From contig NC_043016.1 of NCBI RefSeq assembly GCF_006345805.1, positions 6,386,001-6,450,000 of the forward strand: 64,000 nt of DNA. The letters run 5' to 3'. Made by a program: the position numbers and the translations under genes. The DNA comes from Octopus sinensis (taxonomy: Eukaryota). Positions within the stretch are counted from its first letter, which is position 1, and every line of letters begins with the position of its first letter. Shown piece by piece: positions 36,997-48,382 of the stretch. A model generated the notes under the pieces. The model searched no databases, was not told where the DNA came from, and was given only the letters and a program-made list of their open reading frames with translations.

Positions 36997-37243
36997 AAAA
37001 GCACCATCCGAACGTGGCCGATGCCAGACCCCTCTGGCACCTGTGCAGGTGGCACGTAAAAAACACCCACTACACTCGCGGAGTGGTTGGCGTTAGGAAG
37101 GGCATCCAGCCGTAGAAACACTGCCAGATAAGACCGGAGCCTGGTGCAGCCTCCTGGCTTCCCAGATCCCCTGTCGAACCGTCCAACCCATGCTAGCATG
37201 GAGAATGGACGTTAAACGATGATGATGATGATGATGATGATGA
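36997..37243 (+). mobile_element. Family A repeat
   Basis: Conserved domain and (GAT)n tail. Confidence 0.88.
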
Positions 37244-37333
37244 TATATATATATAAACACACACACTCACACACACACACAAATATAAAAGTATGTGTGT
37301 GTTTATGCGTGTGTGTGTGTGTGTGTGTGCATG

Positions 37334-37365
<32 letters not shown>

Positions 37366-37501
37366 GAAGGAAATGTGCGCGTGTGTTCGTTTGACTAACT
37401 AGAAATAGCAGCCAAATACCCTCAAAGTGTATCCAATCATCTAGAGTAAAGAAAGGTCACAAATATAAATATGTGTGCGTGTGTGTGTTTATGCGCGCGT
37501 G

Positions 37502-37535
<34 letters not shown>

Positions 37536-37896
37536 CGAGTGAGTGAGTCTTTGTATTTATGTCTCCTTACTTCAACATTATGTGATTGTAAAATAAATGT
37601 CCCTGTCATGCAAGCAGTGTCCTTCATTTCCTAGTCTTTCATGAAAGCATGTCTGGTCATGGAAGACATATACCGTTTTTGGAAACTAGTCAAAGGTTGG
37701 TAATGGGATCTGCTTCTGGCTGTAGAAAATCTGCCTAAATAAATTTCTTCTGACCCATGCAAGCATGACATGGGAAAGTGGACAATAAGATAGTTATGAT
37801 GGCAAAGTCCACAATAATCTTATTTCTAATTTGTTATATTGTTAAATTCAATGATCTCTTTTTCTCTCTTATTCTTTTTTTTTTACTTTTTTCCAG

Positions 37897-38006
37897 AAAT
37901 TATCCTGATTTTTATAAAAAACTCTACTCCTTATTGGATCCTGCAATCTTTCATTCAAATACAGAGCAAACTTTTTCAGCAACTTGAACCTCTTTCTGTC
38001 TTCAAA
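37897..38006 (+). CDS. NOC4L: NOC4L exon (NYPDFYKKLYSLLDPAIFH-x-KYRANFFSNLNLFLSS) with a 1-nt deletion near 37955
   Basis: ttccag acceptor, GTACGT donor; homology to human EYPDFYRKLYGLLDPSVFHVKYRARFF continues only after a frame change at CAT|TC|AAA TAC AGA. Confidence 0.92.
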
Positions 38007-38264
38007 GTACGTTGAAATATTATTTTCCTTGCGCTTTATTTATATAATATATATATATATTATATATATATAATTAAAATTCTTAATAATTGTCTTAAAT
38101 TGAATAAGTCCATCTTGGGTTGAGAGAAGCATTCACTGTTGTTTATCCCCTTCGTTTTTTTCTCTTTTTTACTCTTTGAGGATGTCACAAGTTAAGTAAG
38201 TTAATGCTTTTCAAATTTAGTTCTTTATTTTATTATATACTGCTGTATATAATATACATATATG

Positions 38265-38760
38265 ATGTCACAAGAGAGAAATGTGTCTGCATGGATGATG
38301 GTGCACTTGCTTTTAATGATTCAGAAAAGAAAGAGGCTTGGAAGAGCCATTATGAAAGACTGCTGAACGTGGAGAATGAATGGGAGGAAGAGAGCCTGCC
38401 AAATGTTGATCCAGTAGAGGGACCAACTATCCGAATAGACAGCACCCTGGTAGATAAAGCAATTAAGGATATAAAACCAGGAAAAGCCCCTGGCCCATCA
38501 GGAATCACTGCAGAGATGCTTAAAACATCTGGTGGTGTGGGCTTTGGCCTAGTCACCCACATTGTAAATTAGGAAGTTCATGATGGAGTTATACCCAATG
38601 ACTGGTTAGCAGCACCATAGTCAACTGCTACAAAGGTATGAAAGGTTGCTAAATGAAGAGAATGAATGGGAGAAAGAGAGTCTGCCGAATGTCGACCCAA
38701 CAGAGGGACCAGCTATTCGAATTGACAGTACCTTGGTAGATAAAGCAATTAAGGGCGAGG
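38265..38760 (+). mobile_element. RTE LINE internal fragments (two overlapping pieces)
   Basis: EKCVCMDDGALAFN...KAPGPSGITAEML; second piece restarts at ERLLNEENEWEKESLPNVDP (38641). Confidence 0.88.
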
Positions 38761-38879
38761 ACAGGGAAAGACCCCTGCATGTCACCCTATGATCCTAGGT
38801 ACTTTTGAATAGGCTGGTTTTGCGACACTGGTGTAGGTTACAGCTGTGTACTCACTTTATTTGCTAGGTCTTCACAGTC

Positions 38880-39410
38880 ACAGCATATCTTCAGAGGTCT
38901 CAGTCTTTTGACATGGGGTGAGGTGGTGAAGCATGCTTCACCACCTCATCCAATGTCTTCCTGGGTCTCCATCTACCCCGGATTCCTTCCACTGTTTGAG
39001 AGTGGTTCTTCACACAGCTCTCCTCGTCCATTCGCACTCCACATCCAATGTTTCTTATGTCCAACATTGCTCTCAGGGTGCTTACACTCTGTCGTGCATG
39101 GACACTGACATTACACATCCAGCAGATCATGCTAGCGTCATTTCTTTCGAGCCTACACATATCTTCGGCAGTCACGGCCCATATTTCACTGCCGTGAAGC
39201 ATGGCCGTTCGCATACATGCATCTTACAATCTACCTTTCACTCTGAGCGAGAGGCCCTTTGTCACCAGTAGGGGTAGAATCTTTCTAAACTTTGCCCAGG
39301 TTATTCTTGTTCTAGTGGTAACATTCTCTGAGCATCCACCCCCACTACAAATTTGGTTGCTTAGGTAGCAGAAACTATCAACTACTTCTAGTTTTTCCCA
39401 CTGGTATGTG
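38880..39410 (-). mobile_element. RTE LINE C-terminal fragment
   Basis: Track ORF 38900-39214 RTAMLHGSEIWAVTAEDM. Confidence 0.88.
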
Positions 39411-39419
39411 ATGGAGTCT

Positions 39420-39912
39420 GTTTGATGAGATGGGGGGCACTATATCTTGGAAATGGCAGAATTAATAGTCAAGACTATTTTTAGCATTTTATCTGATCAA
39501 ACCATATCTATGGTTGCGGAACTGTTTCTGGAGGGAAACACAATCTTTCAGGATGATAATGCACTAATTCACACAGCTAAAGTTGTTACTGAATGGCACG
39601 GGGAACATTCTAGTGAAGTTGAGCATGTTATCTGGCCACCACAGTCCCCAAATCTCAATATTATTGAATATTTATGGTGCATTTTAGAAAGAAAAGTAAG
39701 GAGTCAATATCCTCCACCATCATCACTACAAGAACTGGAGACTGTTTTAGCTGAAGAATGGACAAAAATTCCTTTGGAAATAATTCAGACTGTGTACAAG
39801 TCCATACCTTGTAGAATTCAAGCTGTAATTACAACCAAAGGCGATCCTACTCCATATTAAAATATATTTGTTTGAAATTTTGAGGTGTTTCCATTATTTT
39901 ATCCAACATCTG
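39420..39912 (+). mobile_element. Tc1-like transposase 3' fragment (DD36E spacing) with right TIR
   Basis: ORF 39447-39860 FQDDNA..H...WPPQSPNLNIIE..LW...KGDPTPY; TIR-like tgtttccattattttatccaacatctg followed by TA. Confidence 0.92.
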
Positions 39913-40203
39913 TATATATTGATAAAATTATATATTTCATGAATTTGATGTTATGACCACATGGATTTCGGTTCCTTCTTAGTATATGGCAATGTGGTCA
40001 GGTGTTACTCATTGTGGCGTTAGACTAACCAGTGCCCTAGAAATAGGTAACAGGATGCCACTTCTATCCAAACTAAGAAATGGAAGTTCAACTGTCTATG
40101 GGAATTATGAAATATCTAAATATTTATTCTGGCCATAACTTATAACATAATTTGAAAATTTTAATTAAATAAACTGTATGCAATGATTTTTATAAAATTT
40201 TCA

Positions 40204-40638
40204 GGATCTTTTCGGTTTGAACGGCAGTTTTTTCTGGTGGTGTCATATGAAATTGTTACCCATAATTATGATCCTAGTATCGATCTATTGCATTTCAATC
40301 TGTTTTAGGGTTAGAGTTTGGGTTAGGTCTCGAGTTAAGGGTTGGGGGAAGGGTATCTTTTTTTTTCTCAGAAATGTAAATAAACCCGATCTGTTTCTCA
40401 AACGAGGGACATATTCATACGGCACAGAATGTTTTCACCTCAATAGATGTCACTGATTGGTTGAAATTGCAGAAATTGAAGAAGAAAAAAAACCCAACAA
40501 ATATCTTACAAACTATAGAATTTTCTCAATAAGCCAAGAGAAAAGATTTTTATAAACACATTCTACCAGTATACAAAGTTTTTTCTTAGTTTACGTGGAA
40601 ATTATTTTTAAAAACTGCCGTTCAAACCGAAGAGATCC
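40204..40638 (+). mobile_element. MITE family M copy 4
   Basis: Same TIRs; perfect 8-bp TSD aattttca. Confidence 0.92.
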
Positions 40639-40715
40639 AATTTTCAATAAATAATTATTGTATGTATTATTGATTGTTATGACACATTTGGTAATTGTTT
40701 TCTGTTGTATTTCAG

Positions 40716-40879
40716 ATATTTACCTGCATATATGTTGGCAGCTTTTATAAAAAGACTTGCCCGAATATCTTTATATGCCCCAACACATGCGCTCGTCCCC
40801 ACAATACCAACTATTTACAATCTTATTAACAGACAAAATGCTTGTAAAGTTTTGATCAACAGAACTGAAGGACAAACAG
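40716..40879 (+). CDS. NOC4L: NOC4L exon (YLPAYMLAAFIKRLARISLYAP...NRTEGQT), phase 2/1
   Basis: tttcag acceptor, GTGAGT donor; strong match to HLPAYLVAAFAKRLARLALTAP. Confidence 0.97.
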
Positions 40880-40887
40880 GTGAGTGC

Positions 40888-41269
40888 TCATTCATTCATT
40901 CTTTCATTCTTTCTTTCTTTCATTCATTCATTCACTCATTCATTCACTCATTCATTCTTTCATTCATTCACTCATTCATTCACTCATTCTTTCATTCATT
41001 CATTCATTCATTCTTTCTTTCATTCTTTCTTTCTTTCATTCATTCATTCATTCATTCTTTTTTCATTCATTCATTCATTCATTCATTCATTCATTCATTC
41101 ACTCATTCATTCATTCATTCTTTCATTCTTTCTTTCTTTCGTTCATTCTTTCATTCATTCATTCACTCATTCTTTCATTCATTCTTTCTTTCTTTCTTTC
41201 ATTCATCCATTCATTTATTCTTTCTTTCTTTCGTTCGTTTGTTCGTTCATTCTCTCATTCTTTCATTCA
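40888..41269 (+). repeat. Compound (TCAT/TCTT)n microsatellite
   Basis: ~380 nt starting 8 nt after the exon donor. Confidence 0.97.
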
Positions 41270-42104
41270 GATCACTTGAAAACAATAAGTTTGTATCAGA
41301 GAATAAGAAGTGGTCTTAAGTGGGTTGTTATCAAACTGATTAACCACTGTACCCATTTATTTGATACAATGTCCTTTTATAGGTTACAGTGCCCCCAATA
41401 AAAGAACAATGCCCTCTAAAAGGGCAGTGTCCTATAAAAAAAAAAGACACTGGTTGATTCAGATTGATTCTGTAGTTAAATATGTTATATGAAATTCCAT
41501 ATTTGTACATCATCATCACCATTGTCATCATTATCGTCATGATGACCAAATCTGCCACTCAGCACTGTTCTTATTTTAACATTTTTTCCCCATTCCTTCG
41601 TGGGTTAGGTAGAATTTATTGAGGCAAATTTTGTATAGCTGCATACATTCCTTGTTTTTAATTCTCACCTGTTTCCAAATCAGGTAATATTCCCCATGAT
41701 TGAGTGTGACCTGTATGATGGTGATGCTTTCTTAGAACTGTCATATGATGTCAAGACAAGTATACACACACACACACATAACTATTCAATGCTGCATAGT
41801 TAAGAAGTTTGCTTCCTAACCATTTGGTTTCCAGTTCAGTCCTACAGTGCAACACCTTGGGCATCTTAGGACCACCAAAGCCTTGTGAGTAGCTTTCATA
41901 CATAGAAACTGAAAAAATTATATATATTAAGAGAGAAGAACTTGAGCTTCAACTTGGTATTTCTTTATTCCATCTCTTACATATGTTTCAATATTCAGTT
42001 ACACATGATATCACACGATAAACACAGTCGATATTTGAACCCCCAACAGGCATAATCAAAACAAGGCACTTCCTCATTCAGATCCATGTTTTTCTCTATC
42101 TTCA

Positions 42105-42400
42105 TGGCTCAGTGGTTAGAGCACTGGGCTCACAATCACGAGGCAGTGGGTCTGGTTCCTGGATTGGGATGTGTGTTGTGTTCTTGAGCAAGGCACTTTA
42201 TTTCACGTTGCTCCAGTTCACTCAGCTGTAGAAATGAGTTGCGACGTCACTGGTGCCAAGCTGTATCGGCCCCTTTACCTTTCCCTTGGATATGACACTG
42301 GTGGCGTGGAGAGAGGAAAATGGTATGTGTGGACAACTGTTGGTCTTTCATAAACAAACTTGCCTGGACTTGTGCCTTGGAGGGGAAGTTTCTAGGTTCA
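42105..42400 (+). mobile_element. Diverged tRNA-derived SINE
   Basis: tggctcagtggttagagc...ggttcctgg head followed by ttgagcaaggcacttta CORE-like segment. Confidence 0.55.
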
Positions 42401-43029
42401 ATCCCATGCGAAGGGGGTCCTTATCCTATTGCTTTATATTACATTACGGCTCTCCTCAGGAAGCACAATATCCTATGTGATCATACAGTTGATAGAGTTT
42501 AATGCGGTTAACAATTAGAGCTGAAACCTGAATAGTAAAATTAACGTACACTGAGCACTTTCATTCCTGTTTGTATATAATTTAACCCTTTCGTTACTGT
42601 ATTAGTTTTAGGATGCTCTGTGTTTCATTCAATTAATTTTAAATATAACAAAGAATTTATTAAAATAACTTAGTTATCATTAAGCTACTGTTAGGAACAT
42701 AAATTGTGTTTGGTGGAAGATTTTAATCCAAAACTTATGAAAACAAGACATTTGTACTCAGAGCCAGAGCTGGTTTCAGCCAGGTTGGTAACAAAAGAGC
42801 AGACAGGTTTTTTGTCAGGCATAATTTTTTTACTATGAAATCTTGTCTATTGTCCTGACTTGCTTGATTAGTTTGAATACCAAAGTCCTAAACAACGGTG
42901 ATACATTTATTTTCTACTACTTTGGCAGGCTTGTGTTCCCACCAGTTCTTTTCATATGGGAGTCCAAATTTATGGCATATGATCCAATGTAAATACTAAG
43001 TTAATCGTGGCAATTAATATATTCATTTT

Positions 43030-43520
43030 GTGAGGGTGATCGTTGACAGAGTGGCTAACCAGCTTCCGTGCCAGTGGCACATAAAAGGGCACCATTCGAG
43101 TGTGATCGTTACCAGCGTCACCTTACTGGCACTTGTCCCCGTGCTAGTAGGGTGCCAAGAGCACCACCCGAGCGTGATCGTTGCCAGAGCAGCCAACTGG
43201 CTCCATGCTGGTGGCACATAAAAAGGGCACCATTCGAGCATGATCGTTACCAACATCGCCTTACTGGCACCTGTGCCGGTGGCATTTGTAAAAAGATTCG
43301 AGCGAGGTCATTGCTAGTATCACCTGACTGGCCCCGTGCCGGTGGCACATAAAAAGCACCCACTACACTCTCAGAGTGGTTGGCGTTAGTAAAAGCATCC
43401 AGCTGTAGAAACTCTGCCAGATCAGATTGGAACCTGGTGCAGCCATCTGGTTCACCAGTCAAAATCGTCCAACCCATGCTAGCATGGAAAGCGGACGTTA
43501 AACGACGACGATGATGATGA
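43030..43520 (+). mobile_element. Family A repeat
   Basis: Modules, conserved domain, tail. Confidence 0.88.
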
Positions 43521-43559
43521 TGTGACTAACATGAAGCATTCAGAGATGAATTGGTCTAT

Positions 43560-45130
43560 TGTTTCTCTTGCTGGTTTCTAGACATTGATCCTGAGTTGTT
43601 ATAACGAAGATCTCTATTTCTGATTTAAGTCCAGATGCATCATGTCCGTATCAACATAAGGGATCACTGGCCCTTATGGAATAATCACTTTGTAATGTTT
43701 TTGAGATTCCGTTTGATTTGGATTGTTCTTTTTATTTGTGTTTCCATTTCATCTAGTTGTATCTCAGTTTTGTTTATCTTTAATTCCCGTACATAATTCC
43801 TTGCTTCTGATATTGAGTACACATGGTTTTGAAATCTAAGTTTAAACATCCAGTCATTGGTGTTCTTTAGATGTGCATCATCTACCCCTATGGTTTAGAG
43901 ACAGTTGCAGTTGCACCAGTCTATGTCCTTCATACTTTTGTGGGATGTACAGTCTATTTACAACTGCCTTTGGTCGATGAATGTGATGCACTGTGAGCAC
44001 TTACATACTTTTGTATCAATTTCACAGATATGGACTATTTTATGATAAAGTTGTAGGCCACAGCAAGTGTGGCTAAAGTACTGATTGCAGGAAACCTAAT
44101 TGTTCACATTAAGTTTGCTCTATAGGATATCTCTAACTCTACAATAACATTTTGTATTTTTCCATGCGTTTGTGGGTGCTGGATACCATAATTATACACC
44201 TAAATATTTGTAACCTTTTCAGGATCTAATTCTTTGATGGTAGTAGGCCTGTCTATCTGTATGTTGTTTGTTTTCAGGAGTTTTTCCTTGAAGAATGTGG
44301 CTTTAACACATTTATCAAAGCAAGCTCCATTCCAATATCTCTATATATATAAACGGCAAAATGTCTGTGCGTGTGTCCTTTATACAAATCCACAATTATT
44401 CAGCTAGAGAGCTCGCACTTTCTATGGTCATTCAAAACCATCCAAGGGTGGCCGTGCACTTCTTTACATTTCCCCAGTCACCAGGCAAAGCCATTAAAAA
44501 ATCAATAGAAGTGACTTTTTTGTGAATTTTCTGTCCAAAACCCAATCAAAATGCCTGAAACTTGATACGCCAATTGAATGCCAGCTAGCTGTATGTGATT
44601 GGTCGGAGATTTGGACAGTACTCGCGTGTATGTGCGCACGCACGCAGCTGTATATGGATGCACTAGCGTTGCCAGTTCATAGTGCTAGTTGTCACTAAAT
44701 TGTTTCACTATTGTTAAAAGCTATTTCATCTTTCATGGAAAGCTTTAGATTATCATCCATGTAAAGAGGTGATTGATTTGTCTTTTGTATACTCTGTACC
44801 AATGTTTTGTATCATTCAACAGTTTAGGGGAACAAGGGCATGCAAAAGAGTAGTGGTGATAAGGAGTTACCTTGAAAAATACTGCAGTTTATCTTGATGT
44901 GATCAGCATTCATAGTGCCCACCGCCTCTAAATTCACTATAAGGGTTATATTCAAGGGTTTCATAGCATTTGATAGAAAAATCACCTGTAATCAGAGTGA
45001 CTTTATAAATTTCCAAGCATTTCTCAATCCGACAATGGTGAAGGCTCTTTTGTAGTTGGTCCTGGTAATAGAAAGATTTTGTGTTTTTTTTTGTGGCATT
45101 CCTCTAGAATAATGTTATTGATTAACCCTT
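43560..45130 (-). mobile_element. Decayed R4/Dong-like non-LTR retrotransposon RT fragment (interrupted at 44338-44688)
   Basis: Minus strand FQGNSLSPLLF (44848-44874), YMDD (44752-44763), FSDNIGME..DKC, GYKYLGV (~44200), HRPKAVVNRLYIP (43940-43980). Confidence 0.75.
44338..44688 (+). mobile_element. Non-autonomous Helitron-like element
   Basis: 5' TC(TCTATATATATAAA), 3' CTAG with subterminal hairpin, between A and T with no TSD; removing it restores the LINE frame (SDNIG). Confidence 0.78.
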
Positions 45131-45231
45131 TTGATACTCACCTGCCTCAGACTGCCCTTGTTCTGTGATACAAATATCTCATTTTCAAGAGTTCTGAATT
45201 AAAATCTTTCTTCAGAACTTGTTGTTAATTT

Positions 45232-45570
45232 CATCATCATCATCATCATCATCATCGTTTAACGTTCACTTTCTATGCTAGCATGGGTTGGACGATTTGA
45301 CCGAGGGCTGGCGAACCAGATGGCTGCACCAGGCTCCAGTCTTGATTTGGCAGAGTTTCTACAGCTGGATGCCCTTCCTAACGCCAACCATTCCAAGAGT
45401 GTAGTAGGTGCTTTTTACGTGCCAGTCAGGCGGTACTGGCAACGACCTCTCTCGAATCCTTTTACACATGACACCAGCACAGGTGCCAGTAAGGCGACGT
45501 TGGTAACGATCACGCTCGAATGGTGCCCTTTTACGTGCCAGTGGCACGGAAGCCAGTTGGCTGCTCTGGC
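45232..45570 (-). mobile_element. Family A repeat
   Basis: (CAT)n tail, conserved domain. Confidence 0.88.
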
Positions 45571-45858
45571 AAAAACCAATTAATAATGACTAAGTTATTT
45601 TACTAAATTCTTCATTGTTAATTGAAGTAAAGGCAGACTATCTCAAGAGAAATATAGTAACAAAAGGGTTAGAAACCAGTTTTTCCATCATGTGTTGTCT
45701 TGATTCTATAGTGTCTCTAATTGTTCTGCAGCCATTTTATAAATTGAACTGGTTGGATTTTATTGTGGTACCAGCACTAATGATTTCTAATTACCCTGAT
45801 CTATTTGTTTTTTGTTTTAATTAAACTAAGATTTTCTAATTTATTTCCTCTTTTCTAG

Positions 45859-45941
45859 AATTTACCAGTGACCCCTATCTTCCTGATGAGGTTGAACCTG
45901 ACAAATGCTGTGCCTTAGAGAGCAGTTTATGGGAACTGCGG
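45859..45941 (+). CDS. NOC4L: NOC4L exon (EFTSDPYLPDEVEPDKCCALESSLWELR), phase 1/0
   Basis: ttttctag acceptor, GTAAGT donor; DPY...ALESSLWEL motif. Confidence 0.96.
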
Positions 45942-46913
45942 GTAAGTTTGAACTAGCTATCCGAACACTCCCTCTATTGTTTCTTGGCATTTGGTAATCT
46001 CAGCTGTTTCCATGCGCTTGTGTCCTGCATTTTATCCTTCATAGCTTGAACTGGATATCCTCTGGAATTCCAGCCTACATTTTACATGTAAGTATTGATG
46101 TTTCAACTGAACATCAACCACAACAGTTTCGCTAGTCTAGGAGAGGCTAAATGTCATGGACACATTGCCTCTTTTGATGAACAAAAAAAAAAAAAATATA
46201 TCACACACCATGGTCATGATGATGGTGATCATCTAATGTCCTTGTTCCATGTTGGCATGAATAGGACAATCTTACAGGAGTCAAGGAATCATAGGACAGC
46301 ATCATGCTCCAATGTTTGCTTTCACATGGTTTATATGCCAACCACCTGGAAGAAGAGAAGATCTGCCTCAATGAATTCCGCCTGACCCATACAAGCATAG
46401 ATGATGATGATGATGGTGGTGGTGGTGGTGGCAGCGATGATGATGATGACAATTTTGCTGTTAATTATATTTGGAAGTCAAAACTTTCAAACACATGAAG
46501 AGTTCTGTTTACAAAATCCCAGTGTAATGGGTTGGGATGGCCTCAGAATTCCAGTGTTTTACAAGCCCCCGTGTTCCCTTGTAATTTTTTTTTGTCATGC
46601 ACAGGGCGTTAATGTGTATGCATGGTCCGCTGTGTATGTGTATGTGTGTGATGGTGGTAGTGGTGAGGTTGCGGGGTCTCTTTTATTGACTTATAGAGAT
46701 TACACTGAGGACTGTCTTCGTACATTCAGCTCAATGAATATGGACACTTCTTAGTTTCAACTGTCCTTGAGAAAGGAATGAACTGAATTCACTATGTTAA
46801 TGAAGCACCCCAAAATTTTATTGTGCTCCTGCTGCTTGATTTTCACCTCTGATGTATCTTACCTATTTATTTAGTCATGAAGAGTGTACATAATTTGATG
46901 TGTCTGTGTGTAT

Positions 46914-47000
<87 letters not shown>

Positions 47001-47239
47001 TTGCTGTTATGTTACTGTTGTATTTGGCCAGATGCAGTTTTTTCATTATTTATTTTTGCTTGCAATATCCGGTTCTTTTGGTCAAATTATCATGTCCCCA
47101 GCTGCTTCAGATGCCAAGATATCAAAAATTGTCAAATTGTGGTACAATGGTTTTGCTTTGGAATGGGGAAACCTATTTTTCATTTTCTGCAAAAGCAATG
47201 TTTTTTTGGGACTTACGACACTTTTGCATAATAGCAACA

Positions 47240-47590
47240 ATATAGGCATGACTGTGTAGTAAGAAGCTTGCTTCCCAAACATAGGTGTTCTGGCTTCAAT
47301 CTCACTGCGAGGCACCTTGGGCTGACCAAAGCCTTGTAAGTGGATTTGGTTGATGGAAACTGAAATAAGTCCTTTGTGTGTGTGTGTGTGTGTGTGTGCA
47401 TCTTTGTGTTTGCCTCCTCCACTGCTTGACAACTGGTGCTGGTAACTTAGTGGTTTGGCAAAAGAAACCAAAGTACTTGGTTCAAAGAACAAAATAAGTT
47501 CGGGGGTCGATTTGTTTAATTAAAACCTTTCAAGGCAGTGCTCCAGCATGGCCGCTGTAAAATGAGTGAAACAAATAAAAGGTAAAAGAC
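47240..47590 (+). mobile_element. SINE family B copy
   Basis: Homologous to 3999-4403. Confidence 0.8.
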
Positions 47591-47593
47591 AAA

Positions 47594-47627
<34 letters not shown>

Positions 47628-48382
47628 GTGGAACACACATACACTAGGTGTGTGTATTGTTGGTTTGTTGGGCAGTTGTGTTTTTTAGGAGTAAGAGAAA
47701 GTGTTCTCAATGCCCTTTGTGTGAAAATACCCGAAAACACCGAGTATAGCCAAGTGAGACAACTCACATCAAATCCCTTTTTTTGGAGTGACACACTTTG
47801 ATGTTTTGTCATTGCTTTAACTTCTCAGTGCTATGTACTGAGCAAGGGCTCTGCTGTGAGATGTCCAACTGGCTGTGACTATAGGCTAAATGGTTTAAGA
47901 ACCATCAGCTAGCATGTCGCAACATGTCATGCCACGGAAAAATTTCACATATGAATTAGAAACAGCTTATGTATATATAAGCAAATTAGAAACCCCTTAG
48001 GTATATAAACAAATGAATCAGAAGCAGTTTAGGTCTTTAAACGAGGTGTGTATGTTGTTTGTTTGTGAGGTGGCTTTTTTTTTTCCGGAGCAATGGACAT
48101 CGATGTTTCCTCATTGTTTTGACTTGTCAATTGCCACATACTGAGCAGGCTATGACTATGTGTTAAATGGTTTATGAACCATTTGCTGGCATGTCCCAAC
48201 ATGTCATGCCTGCCCTTGGTGTTTTTACACCAAGGGTATTTACAATACATTCTCTTATGCCTAAAAAATGCAGCCGCCTGACAAACTAACAGCACACACA
48301 TCTTGTGTATGTGTGTCTGACATCGTTTACATACCTTAAGCTGCTTCTCATTCATATATATATACACACACATATATATATA

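Noticed and set aside
40880-41401. His/Ser/Phe/Ile-rich ORFs
   Set aside because: Translations of the (TCAT)n microsatellite; only 40716-40879 is exonic
47820-48215. Diverged ~300-bp-period direct repeat
   Set aside because: Old local duplication with no coding, terminal or structural features
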